A stretch of 64,000 bases of DNA from an uncultured Arcobacter sp. (GTDB lineage: Bacteria > Campylobacterota > Campylobacteria > Campylobacterales > Arcobacteraceae). The notes under the pieces are model-generated. The model was not told the origin of the DNA. It ran no database searches and saw only the letters and a list, made by a program, of their open reading frames with translations. The position numbers were made by a program, and so were the translations under genes. Location: positions 1,920,001 through 1,984,000 of the forward strand of contig OZ223300.1 in the NCBI GenBank assembly GCA_965140705.1, written 5' to 3'. Positions within the stretch are counted from its first letter, which is position 1. Every line of letters begins with the position of its first letter. Of the stretch, positions 40,310 through 51,128 are shown in pieces.

Positions 40310-40434
40310 TTCTTAATTACCTCTTTTGTATTGTCAACATACTTAGGGTCAGCTTTAAAACCACACCCTGATAAACTTAATAAAAATAGTGTTATAATGA
40401 TTGCATGAAAAATGCTAGCGAAATTCTTACTCAT
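40306..40434 (-). CDS. Small lipoprotein (42 aa)
   Basis: Hand translation MSKNFASIFHAIIITLFLLSLSGCGFKADPKYVDNTKEVIKK; LSGC lipobox; stop overlaps the nadB GTG. Confidence 0.7.
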   Translation of the reverse strand: MSKNFASIFHAIIITLFLLSLSGCGFKADPKYVDNTKEVIKK

Positions 40435-40821
40435 TTGAAATATTATCCTGAATTTAAAAAAATTAATACCAATATTACAATAGAAAGATTAATTAAGTCC
40501 TTACCTTTAAAACTAAACAAAGGTATAAAATTTGGTTATATAAAAAACCAAACTCTTTTTTTCGTATTAAAACATCCTGTTTATAAAATGGAGTTTGAGT
40601 ATAACAAGAGTTTGATAAAATCACTTTTAAAAAAAGCAAATATTGCAAATGTAAATGACATAAAGTTTTTTGTAACTAATGTTATTGAAAAAAAAGAAGA
40701 AGAACTCAAAGAAGAAGATTTCTACAAAGAGCGCTCTTATGGTATCTTTGAAAATTTTTGTGAAAATGAAGATTTACGAAAGAAATTTGAAGAAATTAGA
40801 AATATAATCAAAAACTCTTAA
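40405..40821 (+). CDS. DUF721/DciA-like protein
   Basis: IKFGYIKNQTLFFVLKHPVYKMEF pattern. Confidence 0.65.
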   Translation: MKNASEILTHLKYYPEFKKINTNITIERLIKSLPLKLNKGIKFGYIKNQTLFFVLKHPVYKMEFEYNKSLIKSLLKKANIANVNDIKFFVTNVIEKKEEELKEEDFYKERSYGIFENFCENEDLRKKFEEIRNIIKNS

Positions 40822-41401
40822 GTGATTTTTCACATCTTTTATATTCAGGACAATACTTTTCTACCAAATTCCAAAATTTTTTAGAGTGATTTTTATGTTT
40901 TATATGTGCCAATTCATGAATTACCACATATTCTATAACATTTGCTGGAAATTTTAATAAGTTCAAATTTAAATTTATAGTGTCGTCATAAGAGCAAGAA
41001 CCCCATCTTGATTTATTGTTTCTATATTTTATATTTTTAGGGAATAATTGCATAATTTGTGCTTGATTATTTACTATTGGAGTTATGACTAAAGCAGCTT
41101 TACTTTTATAAAAAGAGATTAAATCAAAATCCTCAAAATCTTTTTTTTCAAATACTTCTCCTAAATAGAAAAATTTATCATCAGATATATTTGAAGACTT
41201 TTTATTTAGATGTCCTAATATCCACTGTTCTTTTCTTTTTATTAAAGCTTTTGCTTCATCTAGTGAAAAATATTTATTTGCAGTGATTTGAATTGAATTA
41301 TTTTCAATAATTCTTAAATAGCAGTGCCTAACATTTCTTTTATTTATTAATTTTGCATCTACTTCTTTTTCTTGTAATAAAACTTTAAATTCCAATATCA
41401 T
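40808..41401 (-). CDS. YgjP/DUF45-family metallopeptidase-like protein
   Basis: SRWGSCS, YVVIHELAH, NHSKKFW; ATG at 41401 preferred over the longer ORF, which overlaps aspC. Confidence 0.85.
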   Translation of the reverse strand: MILEFKVLLQEKEVDAKLINKRNVRHCYLRIIENNSIQITANKYFSLDEAKALIKRKEQWILGHLNKKSSNISDDKFFYLGEVFEKKDFEDFDLISFYKSKAALVITPIVNNQAQIMQLFPKNIKYRNNKSRWGSCSYDDTINLNLNLLKFPANVIEYVVIHELAHIKHKNHSKKFWNLVEKYCPEYKRCEKSLKSF

Positions 41402-41474
41402 CCTTAAGTATTCTTTTGATAAAATCCACGTACTATTATATTGAAATATAATAAAAAATACATTGAGGAAAATA

Positions 41475-42647
41475 ATGAAAATTGCAAAAAGAATGGAGAA
41501 CCTATCTCCGTCGGTTACAATGGCTATTACTGCTTTAGGAAGAGAGCTTAAAGCACAAGGTAAAGACATTCTAAGTTTTAGTGCTGGTGAACCAGATTTT
41601 GATACGCCTGAAGTTGTAAAACAAGCGGCAATTAAAGCTATACAAGATGGTCATACTAAGTATACGGCTGTTGAAGGTATCACAGAAACTAAAAAAGCAA
41701 TTATTAATAAGCTAAAAAAAGATCATGGATTAAATTATTCTTTAGATGAAATTATAATCTCAAATGGAGCAAAACACTCTTTATTTAATCTTTTTCAAGT
41801 ATTAATTGAAGAAGGTGATGAAGTAATTATTCCTGCACCTTATTGGGTAACTTATCCAGAGCAAGTTAAATTTTCAAATGGAGTACCTGTTTTTATTGAA
41901 ACAGATGATACTACAGGTTTTAAAGTAACTGCTGAGCAAATAAAAGAAGCTATTACTTCTAAAACAAAAGTATTATTATTAAATACTCCTTCAAATCCGA
42001 CAGGAGCTATATATACTAAAGAAGAATTAACTGCCATTGGAAAAGTTTTAGAAGGTACTGATATTTTAGTTTTTTCTGATGAAATGTATGAAAAAATTAT
42101 ATACGATGGCAAAAAGTTTTGTACTGCTGCTGAAGTAAGTGATGATATGTTCCAAAGAACAGTTACAATCAATGGACTTAGTAAAGCAGTTGCAATGACT
42201 GGTTGGAGATTTGGATATCTTGCAACTCCACAAAAAAACCTAGTAAAAGCTATGACAAAACTTCAAGGTCAAGTTACATCAAATGTAAACTCAATCACTC
42301 AATATGCTGCAATTCCTGCACTTGAGGGTGAAGCTGATGTTACAATTGAAATCATGAGAAAAGAGTTTGAAAAAAGAAGAGATATAGCTGTTGAAAAATT
42401 TAACGCTATAAAAGGTATCACTTGTCTTAAACCAGATGGTGCCTTTTATCTTTTTGTAAATATCAAAGAACTTACATTTGATTCTATGAAATTTTGTTCA
42501 GATTTATTAGAACTAAAAGGTGTAGCACTAGTACCAGGTCTTGCATTTGGTATTGAAGGATATTTTAGATTCTCATTTGCTACAGATTTAGATTCTATTT
42601 TAAAAGGTATCACTAGAATAGAAGAGTTCGTAAACGAGAACTACTAG
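41475..42647 (+). CDS. aspC: Aspartate aminotransferase (class I PLP)
   Basis: AGEPDFDT, NGAKHSL, PSNPTG, NGLSKAVAMTGWRFGY. Confidence 0.92.
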   Translation: MKIAKRMENLSPSVTMAITALGRELKAQGKDILSFSAGEPDFDTPEVVKQAAIKAIQDGHTKYTAVEGITETKKAIINKLKKDHGLNYSLDEIIISNGAKHSLFNLFQVLIEEGDEVIIPAPYWVTYPEQVKFSNGVPVFIETDDTTGFKVTAEQIKEAITSKTKVLLLNTPSNPTGAIYTKEELTAIGKVLEGTDILVFSDEMYEKIIYDGKKFCTAAEVSDDMFQRTVTINGLSKAVAMTGWRFGYLATPQKNLVKAMTKLQGQVTSNVNSITQYAAIPALEGEADVTIEIMRKEFEKRRDIAVEKFNAIKGITCLKPDGAFYLFVNIKELTFDSMKFCSDLLELKGVALVPGLAFGIEGYFRFSFATDLDSILKGITRIEEFVNENY

Positions 42648-42651
42648 TATT

Positions 42652-43548
42652 ATGTCTCCACAAAGAAAAGCAACCATAATCTCATCAAGCGTTGCAGCAA
42701 TTCTTACGCTAATAAAATTAGCCGTAGGAATTGCAAGTGGATCTGTGGCAGTTTTAGCTTCTGCTGTTGATTCCATCTTAGATATGTTTGTATCTGTATT
42801 TAACTACTTTGCTATTTCAAATGCAGAAAAACCAGCTGATAAATATTTTAACTATGGTAGAGGAAAAATTGAAGCCTTAGCTTCTGTTATTGAGGGTACT
42901 ATTATTAGTTTATCTGGGCTTTTTTTATTATACCAAGCCCTTGAAAAAGCTATCACAGGTGAAACATCTAAGTATTTAGAAGAGTCTTTGACTGTTATGA
43001 TTGTCTCTTTAATTATCACTACATCTTTAGTTATATATCTTAATTTAGTAGCTAAAAAAACAAATAACATGGTTATAAAAGCTGATTCTTTGCACTATAA
43101 AACAGATGTATATACAAATGTTGCAGTACTATTATCTTTAATCTTAGTAAAATTTACAGGATACGAAGCAATTGATATACTTATTGGTGCTTCAATATCA
43201 CTATATATCATATATTCAGCTTATGAACTAATCCAAAATGGAGTATTAGTTTTACTTGATAAAGCTGTTTCTCAAAAAATAGTAAAAAAAATCGAAAATA
43301 TTTTTATTGCAGAAGAGAGAGTGAATAATCACCACCTTTTAAAAACAAGGGAAGTGGGAGATAAAATATTTGTGGAAGTACATTTAGTATTTGATTGTCT
43401 TATCACTTTAATGGAAGCGCACAAAATTTCTGATAGAATAGAGAATAAAATTAGAAAAATCGATAAAAAGAAAAAATGGATAATCAATATACATATGGAT
43501 CCATATGATGATCTTGAATCGAATGATGAAGGGGATTTATTACATTAG
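42652..43548 (+). CDS. Cation diffusion facilitator (FieF-like)
   Basis: LASAVDSILD, YGRGKIE, ADSLHYKTD, EAHKISD. Confidence 0.92.
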   Translation: MSPQRKATIISSSVAAILTLIKLAVGIASGSVAVLASAVDSILDMFVSVFNYFAISNAEKPADKYFNYGRGKIEALASVIEGTIISLSGLFLLYQALEKAITGETSKYLEESLTVMIVSLIITTSLVIYLNLVAKKTNNMVIKADSLHYKTDVYTNVAVLLSLILVKFTGYEAIDILIGASISLYIIYSAYELIQNGVLVLLDKAVSQKIVKKIENIFIAEERVNNHHLLKTREVGDKIFVEVHLVFDCLITLMEAHKISDRIENKIRKIDKKKKWIINIHMDPYDDLESNDEGDLLH

Positions 43549-43562
43549 TGTAAACAACTATC

Positions 43563-45737
43563 ATGAAAAATAAAATTTTAAAAAAAATACTACTATATTC
43601 TTTCATTTCCATAGTTCTCTCTTTATTTTTATCATTTACATATATTTTCTTTCCCCAACTACCCCAAACTTTTGATAATAGTATAAGGGATACTCTTTTT
43701 AAAATAAGAGGAGAAATACCAAATAGCCACAATGTATTTATAGTAGATATTGATGAAAAATCTATACAAACCTTAGGTCAATGGCCATGGTCTAGAGATA
43801 AAATAGCTAAAATCTTAGAAAACCTTACAAACGCAGGAATTGGACTTATTGCTTTTGACGTTGTTTTTGCAGAAAGTGATAGAAGTTCCCCTAAAAAAGT
43901 TTTAGAAAAATACAATATAAAAAGAGATAATGTTCCTGATTATGATGAAATATTTGCAAAAACTGTTGCAAGTACACCTACAATCTTGGGTTATCAATTT
44001 GAATTAGAAAAAGACAATAAACACGTAAGTAAAAAAGCTCCCTCTATCCCTGCCATATTTGTAGAAAAAAATAAAAATCCTAATGAAAACTATCTAATCA
44101 AAGCAACAGGAACTATTTTAAATATTCCTATGGTTCAAGATAATGCCTACTCAAGTGGATTTTTTAATAATGTTCCAGATGAATCAGGAATCATAAGAAG
44201 TGTACCTTTAATAATTTCATATGATGATATTATTTATCCCTCACTTGCCCTAGAAGTATTAAGAGTCATTACTGATACTAAAAGAGTCGTCATAAATTAT
44301 GACGAAGATGGTGTTGAAAATATAAAATTAAATAATATTACAATTCCAACAGATAGACATGGAAGAATATTAGTAAACTTTAGAGGTAAGGAAAAAAGTT
44401 TTAAATATATTTCTGCCCTTGATATATATAATAATAAATTTGATAAAAAAGCTATAGAGGGCAAAATAGCACTAGTTGGAACTTCTGCAGCTGGATTACT
44501 TGACCTTCGAGCTACTCCTTTTGAGTCCGTTTATCCTGGAGTTGAAGTTCATGCAAATGTTATTGATAATATTTTAACTGGTGATTTTATTTATAAAGCA
44601 TCATGGATGGATGGAGTAAATATAGTATTAATTTTTATTCTATCTTTAGTAGTTACTCTTGCTATTACCTTTACCCCATTTTGGTATAATCCTTTTATCA
44701 CAATGGCATTTTTAGCAGTTACAGGATATGCTGCATATTATTCTTTATTTACTAAAGGTTTAGTATTTAATATATTTTATCCCTTACTCACTATAAGTAC
44801 AGCAGCCATAATTGCCACTTTACTTGATTACTTTTTTGAAATAAGACAAGAAGAAGCTATCAAGAAAAAATTTGCTTCTAAAGTATCAAAAGATGTAATG
44901 GATAACTTACTTAAAAATATGGATGATAGCGGTTTTCAAGCTATGGAAAAAGAAGTTACAGTATTTTTTAGTGATGTAAGAGGTTTTACTCAAATATCTG
45001 AAAAGATGGGAAGTGCAAAAAATCTAATTGAATATTTAAATCAATATATGGAACCTATGAGTAATATAATTACAAAATACCAAGGAACTATAGATAAATA
45101 TATTGGTGATGCTATTATGGCATATTGGAATGCACCTGGAAATGTAGAAAATCACCCAGATAAAGCAGTACTCGCTTCACTTGAACAAATAGCCCACTTG
45201 GAACCTTTAAATAAAGAGTATGACAAAAATAATAAACCTCATATTGACATAGGAATTGGACTAAATACTGGTATGGCAATTGTAGGAGAAATGGGAAGTA
45301 GTGGTAGAAGTGATTATACTGTTATTGGTGATGCTATTAATTTAGGTGCAAGATTAGAATCCCTATGTAAATTTTATAACTCAAAACTAAATATTTCTAA
45401 CTTTACAAAAGATGCTTTAAAAGAAGAGTATATCTTTAGATTTTTAGATTTAGTAACAGTAAAAGGAAAAGCAGAACCTGTAGAGATTTGGCAAGTACAT
45501 GGGAAAGGTCAAGCACAAGGAGAACAAAAAGAAGAGCTAGAAAAACACCATAAAGCAATTGAATTATATAAAAACTCACAATTTAAAGAGGCTTTAATGA
45601 TTTTTGAAGAGTTAGAAAATAGTGAAACAAAAACTAATAATAATATCTATAAAATATATATCGAAAGATGTACTGAATTTATAAAACAACCACCAGAAAA
45701 CTTCATTGGGGTTTATGAACATACTACAAAAGGTTAG
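43563..45737 (+). CDS. CHASE2-domain adenylate/guanylate cyclase
   Basis: VDIDEKS..GQWPWSR (CHASE2), FSDVRGFT, DKYIGDAIMA, GDAINLGARLE. Confidence 0.93.
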   Translation: MKNKILKKILLYSFISIVLSLFLSFTYIFFPQLPQTFDNSIRDTLFKIRGEIPNSHNVFIVDIDEKSIQTLGQWPWSRDKIAKILENLTNAGIGLIAFDVVFAESDRSSPKKVLEKYNIKRDNVPDYDEIFAKTVASTPTILGYQFELEKDNKHVSKKAPSIPAIFVEKNKNPNENYLIKATGTILNIPMVQDNAYSSGFFNNVPDESGIIRSVPLIISYDDIIYPSLALEVLRVITDTKRVVINYDEDGVENIKLNNITIPTDRHGRILVNFRGKEKSFKYISALDIYNNKFDKKAIEGKIALVGTSAAGLLDLRATPFESVYPGVEVHANVIDNILTGDFIYKASWMDGVNIVLIFILSLVVTLAITFTPFWYNPFITMAFLAVTGYAAYYSLFTKGLVFNIFYPLLTISTAAIIATLLDYFFEIRQEEAIKKKFASKVSKDVMDNLLKNMDDSGFQAMEKEVTVFFSDVRGFTQISEKMGSAKNLIEYLNQYMEPMSNIITKYQGTIDKYIGDAIMAYWNAPGNVENHPDKAVLASLEQIAHLEPLNKEYDKNNKPHIDIGIGLNTGMAIVGEMGSSGRSDYTVIGDAINLGARLESLCKFYNSKLNISNFTKDALKEEYIFRFLDLVTVKGKAEPVEIWQVHGKGQAQGEQKEELEKHHKAIELYKNSQFKEALMIFEELENSETKTNNNIYKIYIERCTEFIKQPPENFIGVYEHTTKG

Positions 45738-45786
45738 ATTTCCAATTTTTTATTAATTTTGTTATACTAAACAAAAAGGACAAAAA

Positions 45787-45939
45787 ATGCAAACAGCTAT
45801 GATATTAATCTATATTGTTATGTTTATAATAGCATTTATTTTAAGCCTTGTTAGTGTGAGATATTTTATAACTATGTGGAAATATAAAAATAGAAAAAAA
45901 GATGGTAGTGAAGATAAGGATTTTAAAAAGTTCGATTAA
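45787..45939 (+). CDS. Small single-TM protein (50 aa)
   Basis: Hand translation MQTAMILIYIVMFIIAFILSLVSVRYFITMWKYKNRKKDGSEDKDFKKFD; AAAGGA RBS. Confidence 0.65.
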   Translation: MQTAMILIYIVMFIIAFILSLVSVRYFITMWKYKNRKKDGSEDKDFKKFD

Positions 45940-45945
45940 ACTTTT

Positions 45946-46569
45946 TTATGACCACAATTGTAATTTTGGTAAATGAGAAACTGCCTTTAAAATATCAGTT
46001 TTAGAAATAATCCCAAATAAAATATCATCATCAACAACAGGAATAGCATCAAGATTATAATCAATCATAACTTTAGCCACTCTTCTTATATCTGAAATTG
46101 GATCTGTTGTTATAACTTCAGGTAAAAAGACATCTTCTAATTTTCTATTTAATATCTCTTTTACATTATCTATATCAGCCATCAAAAGATTTAATATTAT
46201 TTTTTTACTTATTAGTCCTATTATTTTCCTATCAATTGAGACTACAGGTATTTGCACAAAATCATACTCTTTTAGAAAATGATACGCTTCTTCTATAGTT
46301 GTTTTTGTACCAACGGTAAATACATCTTTTGTCATAATATCTTTCACTTGGTAAATAATCTCAGAGGTATCCATATTTGCTATTTTTTTGTAAGAATTTA
46401 TTAGTTCATTATTATTCTTAGGGTTCTTTTTTTTATGGGAAAAATGTTCAATAATTTCATCATTTGGACTAAATTTTTCTTTAGTTGATTTATCAATTGG
46501 TTTAACTTTATGTAAATTATCAGCCGTTGTCTGAACACCTACTATTCCATTTTCATATATTGTAAACAT
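45946..46569 (-). CDS. CBS-domain protein
   Basis: VKDIMTKDV...IPVV...GLIS and IPVVD..GIISKTDIL. Confidence 0.88.
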   Translation of the reverse strand: MFTIYENGIVGVQTTADNLHKVKPIDKSTKEKFSPNDEIIEHFSHKKKNPKNNNELINSYKKIANMDTSEIIYQVKDIMTKDVFTVGTKTTIEEAYHFLKEYDFVQIPVVSIDRKIIGLISKKIILNLLMADIDNVKEILNRKLEDVFLPEVITTDPISDIRRVAKVMIDYNLDAIPVVDDDILFGIISKTDILKAVSHLPKLQLWS

Positions 46570-46685
46570 CTTATTTCCTTTTGAAAATGAATAATTGTAA
46601 CATCATTTTAAGATTAATTACAAATTATTTAGTAAAATTAAATATAAATAGTTTGATTAGATTGTCAAATTTTAGAGTTTTTTCT

Positions 46686-46914
46686 TCTCTTGAAGAGGTA
46701 AACCTCTTCGCTCTCTTACTTTTGTATTGACGAAAAGTAAGCAAAAACAACTACGGCTTCGAAGCCAAAGGTTCCCTCACTTATTATTTTTCCCTTTTCT
46801 GATTGATAAAACTCGTTTATTAAAACTTGCATTTAGCAACTTTTAAACACTCAGACAGTTACCAATCTTATTTCAAAAAGAGAAAAATAAACGCTCAGCT
46901 TCTGTAGATGTAGC
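46686..46914 (+). repeat. Structured non-coding element, copy 1
   Basis: gaagagg-taaa-cctcttc and cttactttt..aaaagtaag hairpins, then a long rod with apical ttgc-attta-gcaa. Confidence 0.7.
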
Positions 46915-46976
46915 AATATTATTTGGTGTCTATATATTACTTTATAAATAAAAATTTGAACTATAGGTATTTCTTT

Positions 46977-47258
46977 CTGCCTTTGATGAAGCTGGAAGTT
47001 ATATATTTATTTTCGGTAAAGCCCGAAACTGTTTGAACGTTAAGAAGAGTGCTAAATGCACTCTTTAGTGAGTTTTGCAGGGCAGATGCTGGAACGAAGT
47101 GACTAAATTCTGGTACAGACAAAATAAATATATAACTGGAAGGTAGCTTGCCTTCATCAATTCGGCAGTCTTTTTTCTCAAAGAGAGTGCAAGCACAAGG
47201 CTTACTTTTTCGAGATCAAAAAGTAAGAAAAGCGAAAACCGTTAGGTGTTCATGAGAA
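46977..47258 (-). repeat. Structured non-coding element, copy 2 (inverted)
   Basis: Reverse complement gives the same motif order (ttctcNtgaa..ttcgct..cttactttt..aaaagtaag..aaaactc..tgcatttagca..tcaRacagtt) with different stem sequences. Confidence 0.7.
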
Positions 47259-47356
47259 AATTTATTCAAATAAAAACTAAAAGCAGGATATAACAGATAT
47301 TTAGCTATTATAACTACCCAAATTAATAAATAATATATAGGATTTTAAATACTCAT

Positions 47357-49315
47357 ATGGCACTAATAGACTTACAAAATATTTCAAAACAATATGACAT
47401 CAAAGTAATACTTAAAAATGTAAACTTTACACTAAATCAAGGGCAAAGAATCGCTGTCATTGGACAAAATGGACAAGGAAAATCTACCCTTCTTAAAATC
47501 ATCACTGGTGAAGTTGAGCCTGATAGTGGAGAGATGGCTATTGATAAATCTCTTAAAATAGAGATGTTAGCCCAACAACCAAAATTCAAAGACAACTTGA
47601 TGGTAAGAGATGCCATTGAAGAGCAACTTGTTGAAGTAAAAAGTGCAAAAGATGAGTATGAAGAGATATCTCACAAACTAATGACTGATTATGAAAATGA
47701 AGCACTTCTCCATAGACAAAGTGAACTAGCCACATTTTTAGAGTTTCACAATGCTTGGGACTTGGATAATCTCATTGAACGAGTATTAATAGAGTTCCAT
47801 TTAAAAGAGTTTGAACACAAAGATGTAAACCTCCTAAGTGGAGGAGAACAAAGACGAGTTAGTCTTGCAGGATTGCTTTTAAGAAAACCAGATGTTTTAC
47901 TTCTAGATGAGCCTACCAATCACCTTGATGTTTATATGGTAGAGTTCCTCGAAGAACTACTTATTAAAAATAACTTTACACTTATTTTTATCTCACATGA
48001 TAGATATTTTATAGATAATATTGCAACAGAGATTATAGAAGTAGAAAATGGAGATATAAAAAAGTATAAAGGTGGATATACTGCTTACTTAGAACAAAAG
48101 CAACAAATGCTTGAGATCATGGAGAAAGAGCACCAAAATCTAATTAGAATGGTAAAAAGAGAAGCCCATTGGATGCAACATGGAGTTACAGCTAGAAGAA
48201 AAAGAAATGAGAGAAGAAAATCAGAATATTTTGACCTAAAAAAACAAGCAAAATCAAATCCAGCACTTATAAAAAAGATGAGTGTAGAACTTCAAAGGGA
48301 ACAAAAAGCATTTAATAGTGAAGATGTAAAAATTCAAAATAAAAAAAAGATGCTTTTCGAACTTGACGACATATCAAAAACACTTGGAAACAAACTCCTT
48401 ATCAAAGACTTTACAGCAAGAATCTTACAAAAAGATACCATAGCAATAGTGGGACCAAATGGTACTGGAAAATCAACTATGCTACGAATCTTTATGGGAA
48501 AACTTCAAATTGATAGTGGTAGCTTTAAAAAAGGTGATTTTAAAATCGGCTATTTTGACCAACACAGAGAAATGCTTGATGATAGTAAAAATCTATTGGA
48601 AACCTTTTGTCCAAATGGTGGAGATAGAGTCGTACTTCCAGATGGAAGAAATTTACATGTATTTGGGTACTTGAAAAACTTCTTATTTCCTAGGGAATAT
48701 TTGGATAAAAAAATAGGTGTGTTAAGTGGTGGTGAGAAAAATAGAGTAGCCCTTGCACTTTTATTTACTAAAGATATCGATTGTATGGTTTTAGATGAAC
48801 CTACAAATGACCTTGATATCCCGACAATTAATATTCTAGAAGAGTATTTACAAAACTTCCAAGGGGCTCTTATATTTGTATCACACGATAGATATTTTGT
48901 GGATAAGATTGCAAAAAAACTTTATGTCTTCAAAGGTAAAAATGGAGAGATTTTTGAATCATTTCAACCATATACTGAATATCTTGAAATAGAAAAAGAG
49001 ATAAAAGAATTAGAAAATTATGAAAAAGAGTTAGCAAAAGAAGAGACTACAAAAGCAAAACAAACAACTAACACTAAAAAACAGACAAAACTAAGCTATA
49101 AAGACCAAAGAGATTATGATAATCTCCCAAAAGAGATTGAAGAGTTAGAATCAAAAATAGAAGAGATAAATGAGTGTTTATCAAATCCCTCTTGTTATGA
49201 ACAAAAAGGAATAGTAGCAATTTCACAAGAGTTAGAAGAGGTAAATGCAATCTATGAAGAAAAAGTTGAACGCTATTTAGAACTTGAAGAATTAATAGAA
49301 AGTTTTAACGCATAG
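47357..49315 (+). CDS. uup: ABC-F family ATPase Uup
   Basis: Two ABC domains (GQNGQGKS, LSGGE, LDEPTN; GPNGTGKS), C-terminal KLSYKDQR coiled coil, no TM. Confidence 0.88.
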   Translation: MALIDLQNISKQYDIKVILKNVNFTLNQGQRIAVIGQNGQGKSTLLKIITGEVEPDSGEMAIDKSLKIEMLAQQPKFKDNLMVRDAIEEQLVEVKSAKDEYEEISHKLMTDYENEALLHRQSELATFLEFHNAWDLDNLIERVLIEFHLKEFEHKDVNLLSGGEQRRVSLAGLLLRKPDVLLLDEPTNHLDVYMVEFLEELLIKNNFTLIFISHDRYFIDNIATEIIEVENGDIKKYKGGYTAYLEQKQQMLEIMEKEHQNLIRMVKREAHWMQHGVTARRKRNERRKSEYFDLKKQAKSNPALIKKMSVELQREQKAFNSEDVKIQNKKKMLFELDDISKTLGNKLLIKDFTARILQKDTIAIVGPNGTGKSTMLRIFMGKLQIDSGSFKKGDFKIGYFDQHREMLDDSKNLLETFCPNGGDRVVLPDGRNLHVFGYLKNFLFPREYLDKKIGVLSGGEKNRVALALLFTKDIDCMVLDEPTNDLDIPTINILEEYLQNFQGALIFVSHDRYFVDKIAKKLYVFKGKNGEIFESFQPYTEYLEIEKEIKELENYEKELAKEETTKAKQTTNTKKQTKLSYKDQRDYDNLPKEIEELESKIEEINECLSNPSCYEQKGIVAISQELEEVNAIYEEKVERYLELEELIESFNA

Positions 49316-49361
49316 TTTGCTACAATAAATAAATTTATAAATTATAAAAGGATATATCAAT

Positions 49362-49805
49362 ATGAGTTTAAAAGAACAACTAAAATCAGATTTAAAAGAT
49401 GCTATGAGATCAAAAGAGATTGTAAAAAGAGATTCTATAAGAGCTATTAATACTATGATAAAACAAATTGAAGTTGATGAAAGAAAAGAGTTAAATGATG
49501 AAGATGTTATTAAACTTGTACAAAGAGGTATCAAACAAAGACAAGAAGCTTTTATCCAATATAAAGATGCGGGAAGAGATGATTTAGCTCAAGTAGAGCA
49601 AGAACAAATCGAAGTATTTAAAACATATTTACCACAACAACTAAGTGATGAAGAACTAGAAACGGGAATGAAAGAAGTAATAGCAGAAGTTGGAGCAACA
49701 ACTATGAAAGATATGGGTAAAGTAATGGGAACTGCAAGTAAAAAGTTTGCAGGAGTTGCTGATGGAAAAAGAATAAATGAGATGGTAAAAAAACTTTTAG
49801 TTTAA
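49362..49805 (+). CDS. GatB/YqeY domain protein
   Basis: YLPQQLS, KDMGKVMG, ADGK. Confidence 0.93.
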   Translation: MSLKEQLKSDLKDAMRSKEIVKRDSIRAINTMIKQIEVDERKELNDEDVIKLVQRGIKQRQEAFIQYKDAGRDDLAQVEQEQIEVFKTYLPQQLSDEELETGMKEVIAEVGATTMKDMGKVMGTASKKFAGVADGKRINEMVKKLLV

Positions 49806-49817
49806 AAAGGGAAACTC

Positions 49818-51074
49818 ATGACGAATATTGAGAAAATAGCTAGCAAGACATTAGAAGTATTAAAAGAGAGAAATCTTCAACCAACTCCTAATGAATACAA
49901 TAAAGAGTTTTGTAATCTTGCCAAAGAGAGCAATGAAGAGATTGAAGAGTGCAGTTTATTTAAAAACTTAGTTAGTAAACTAACACCCCAAGAAAGGGAT
50001 GAATTAAATGCAAATGATATTCAGACATTTGAAGAACTTATTACCCTACTTTTAAAAAGAGTTCATATCAAAAATGTCTCGACATTGGCTTCTATTATCA
50101 AACAAGCTTTATCGCCATCTATCAATATTCACCTTGATGAACAACTTACAAATTTTTCTATTAAAATCGGTGATTCTCCAGAACTTATTTTCGAAGAAGA
50201 TATACAAAAAGAGATGCAAAAACTTTTAGAAAAAAGGTTTAAAACAGACCAAACCTTACTAAAAGAAAAGACTGCTGATATTGCCAAATTAGTAACACTT
50301 ATGGGTAAACACTTAAAAGAAGCAATCAACAGTAATCAAAATAGCTCGATCAATGTAACAAGCATAAAAGATGAACTAACATCAATAGATTTAGAAGATA
50401 GTAATATTTCTGAACTAGTAACCTTACAAAATAAACTTATAAATGCCGCTTCTAGTATCGAAACAGAGATGAATGAAGTAAATAAAAAATTATCTTCTGG
50501 TGAAAACCATGTAAAAGATTTAGAAAACAAGGTTCAAAACTTAGAATCTCAATTAAAAAAAGCAAAAGAAGAAGCAATCATAGACCATCTTACAGGACTT
50601 CTTACAAGAAGAGCTTATGATACAGAGATAAAAACTATAGATAAAAATTTTGAGAGAGACAATATACAATATGCAATAATCTTCTTTGACTTAGACCACT
50701 TCAAAGATATAAATGACACTTATGGTCATGAAGGTGGAGATACAGTATTAAAAACTTTTTCAAAAATACTTAAAAGCCAAACAAGAGAGAATGATATCTT
50801 AGCTAGATATGGTGGTGAAGAGTTTGTAGCAACTGTTGAATATAAACTAAGAAGAGAAGTTTTGCAATACCTAAAAAGAATAAAAAATATCGTAAATGAA
50901 AATAGCTTTAATTATAAAAACAAGAAAATAAAAGTGACTTTTTCAGCTGGGGTAGTTCTAAGAAATGACCATAAAACTTACCATGATGCAATACAAAAAG
51001 CAGATATACTTCTATACCAAGCAAAAAATGATGGTAGAAATAAAATAATACTAGAAGATGGATTAATAATATAA
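49818..51074 (+). CDS. Diguanylate cyclase
   Basis: DHLTGL, DLDHFKDINDTYGH, RYGGEEF. Confidence 0.93.
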   Translation: MTNIEKIASKTLEVLKERNLQPTPNEYNKEFCNLAKESNEEIEECSLFKNLVSKLTPQERDELNANDIQTFEELITLLLKRVHIKNVSTLASIIKQALSPSINIHLDEQLTNFSIKIGDSPELIFEEDIQKEMQKLLEKRFKTDQTLLKEKTADIAKLVTLMGKHLKEAINSNQNSSINVTSIKDELTSIDLEDSNISELVTLQNKLINAASSIETEMNEVNKKLSSGENHVKDLENKVQNLESQLKKAKEEAIIDHLTGLLTRRAYDTEIKTIDKNFERDNIQYAIIFFDLDHFKDINDTYGHEGGDTVLKTFSKILKSQTRENDILARYGGEEFVATVEYKLRREVLQYLKRIKNIVNENSFNYKNKKIKVTFSAGVVLRNDHKTYHDAIQKADILLYQAKNDGRNKIILEDGLII

Positions 51075-51128
51075 AAACTAAGTTATGGCTAAATCATCAT
51101 CAAAGATGATTTAACTCATAAAAGTAAA

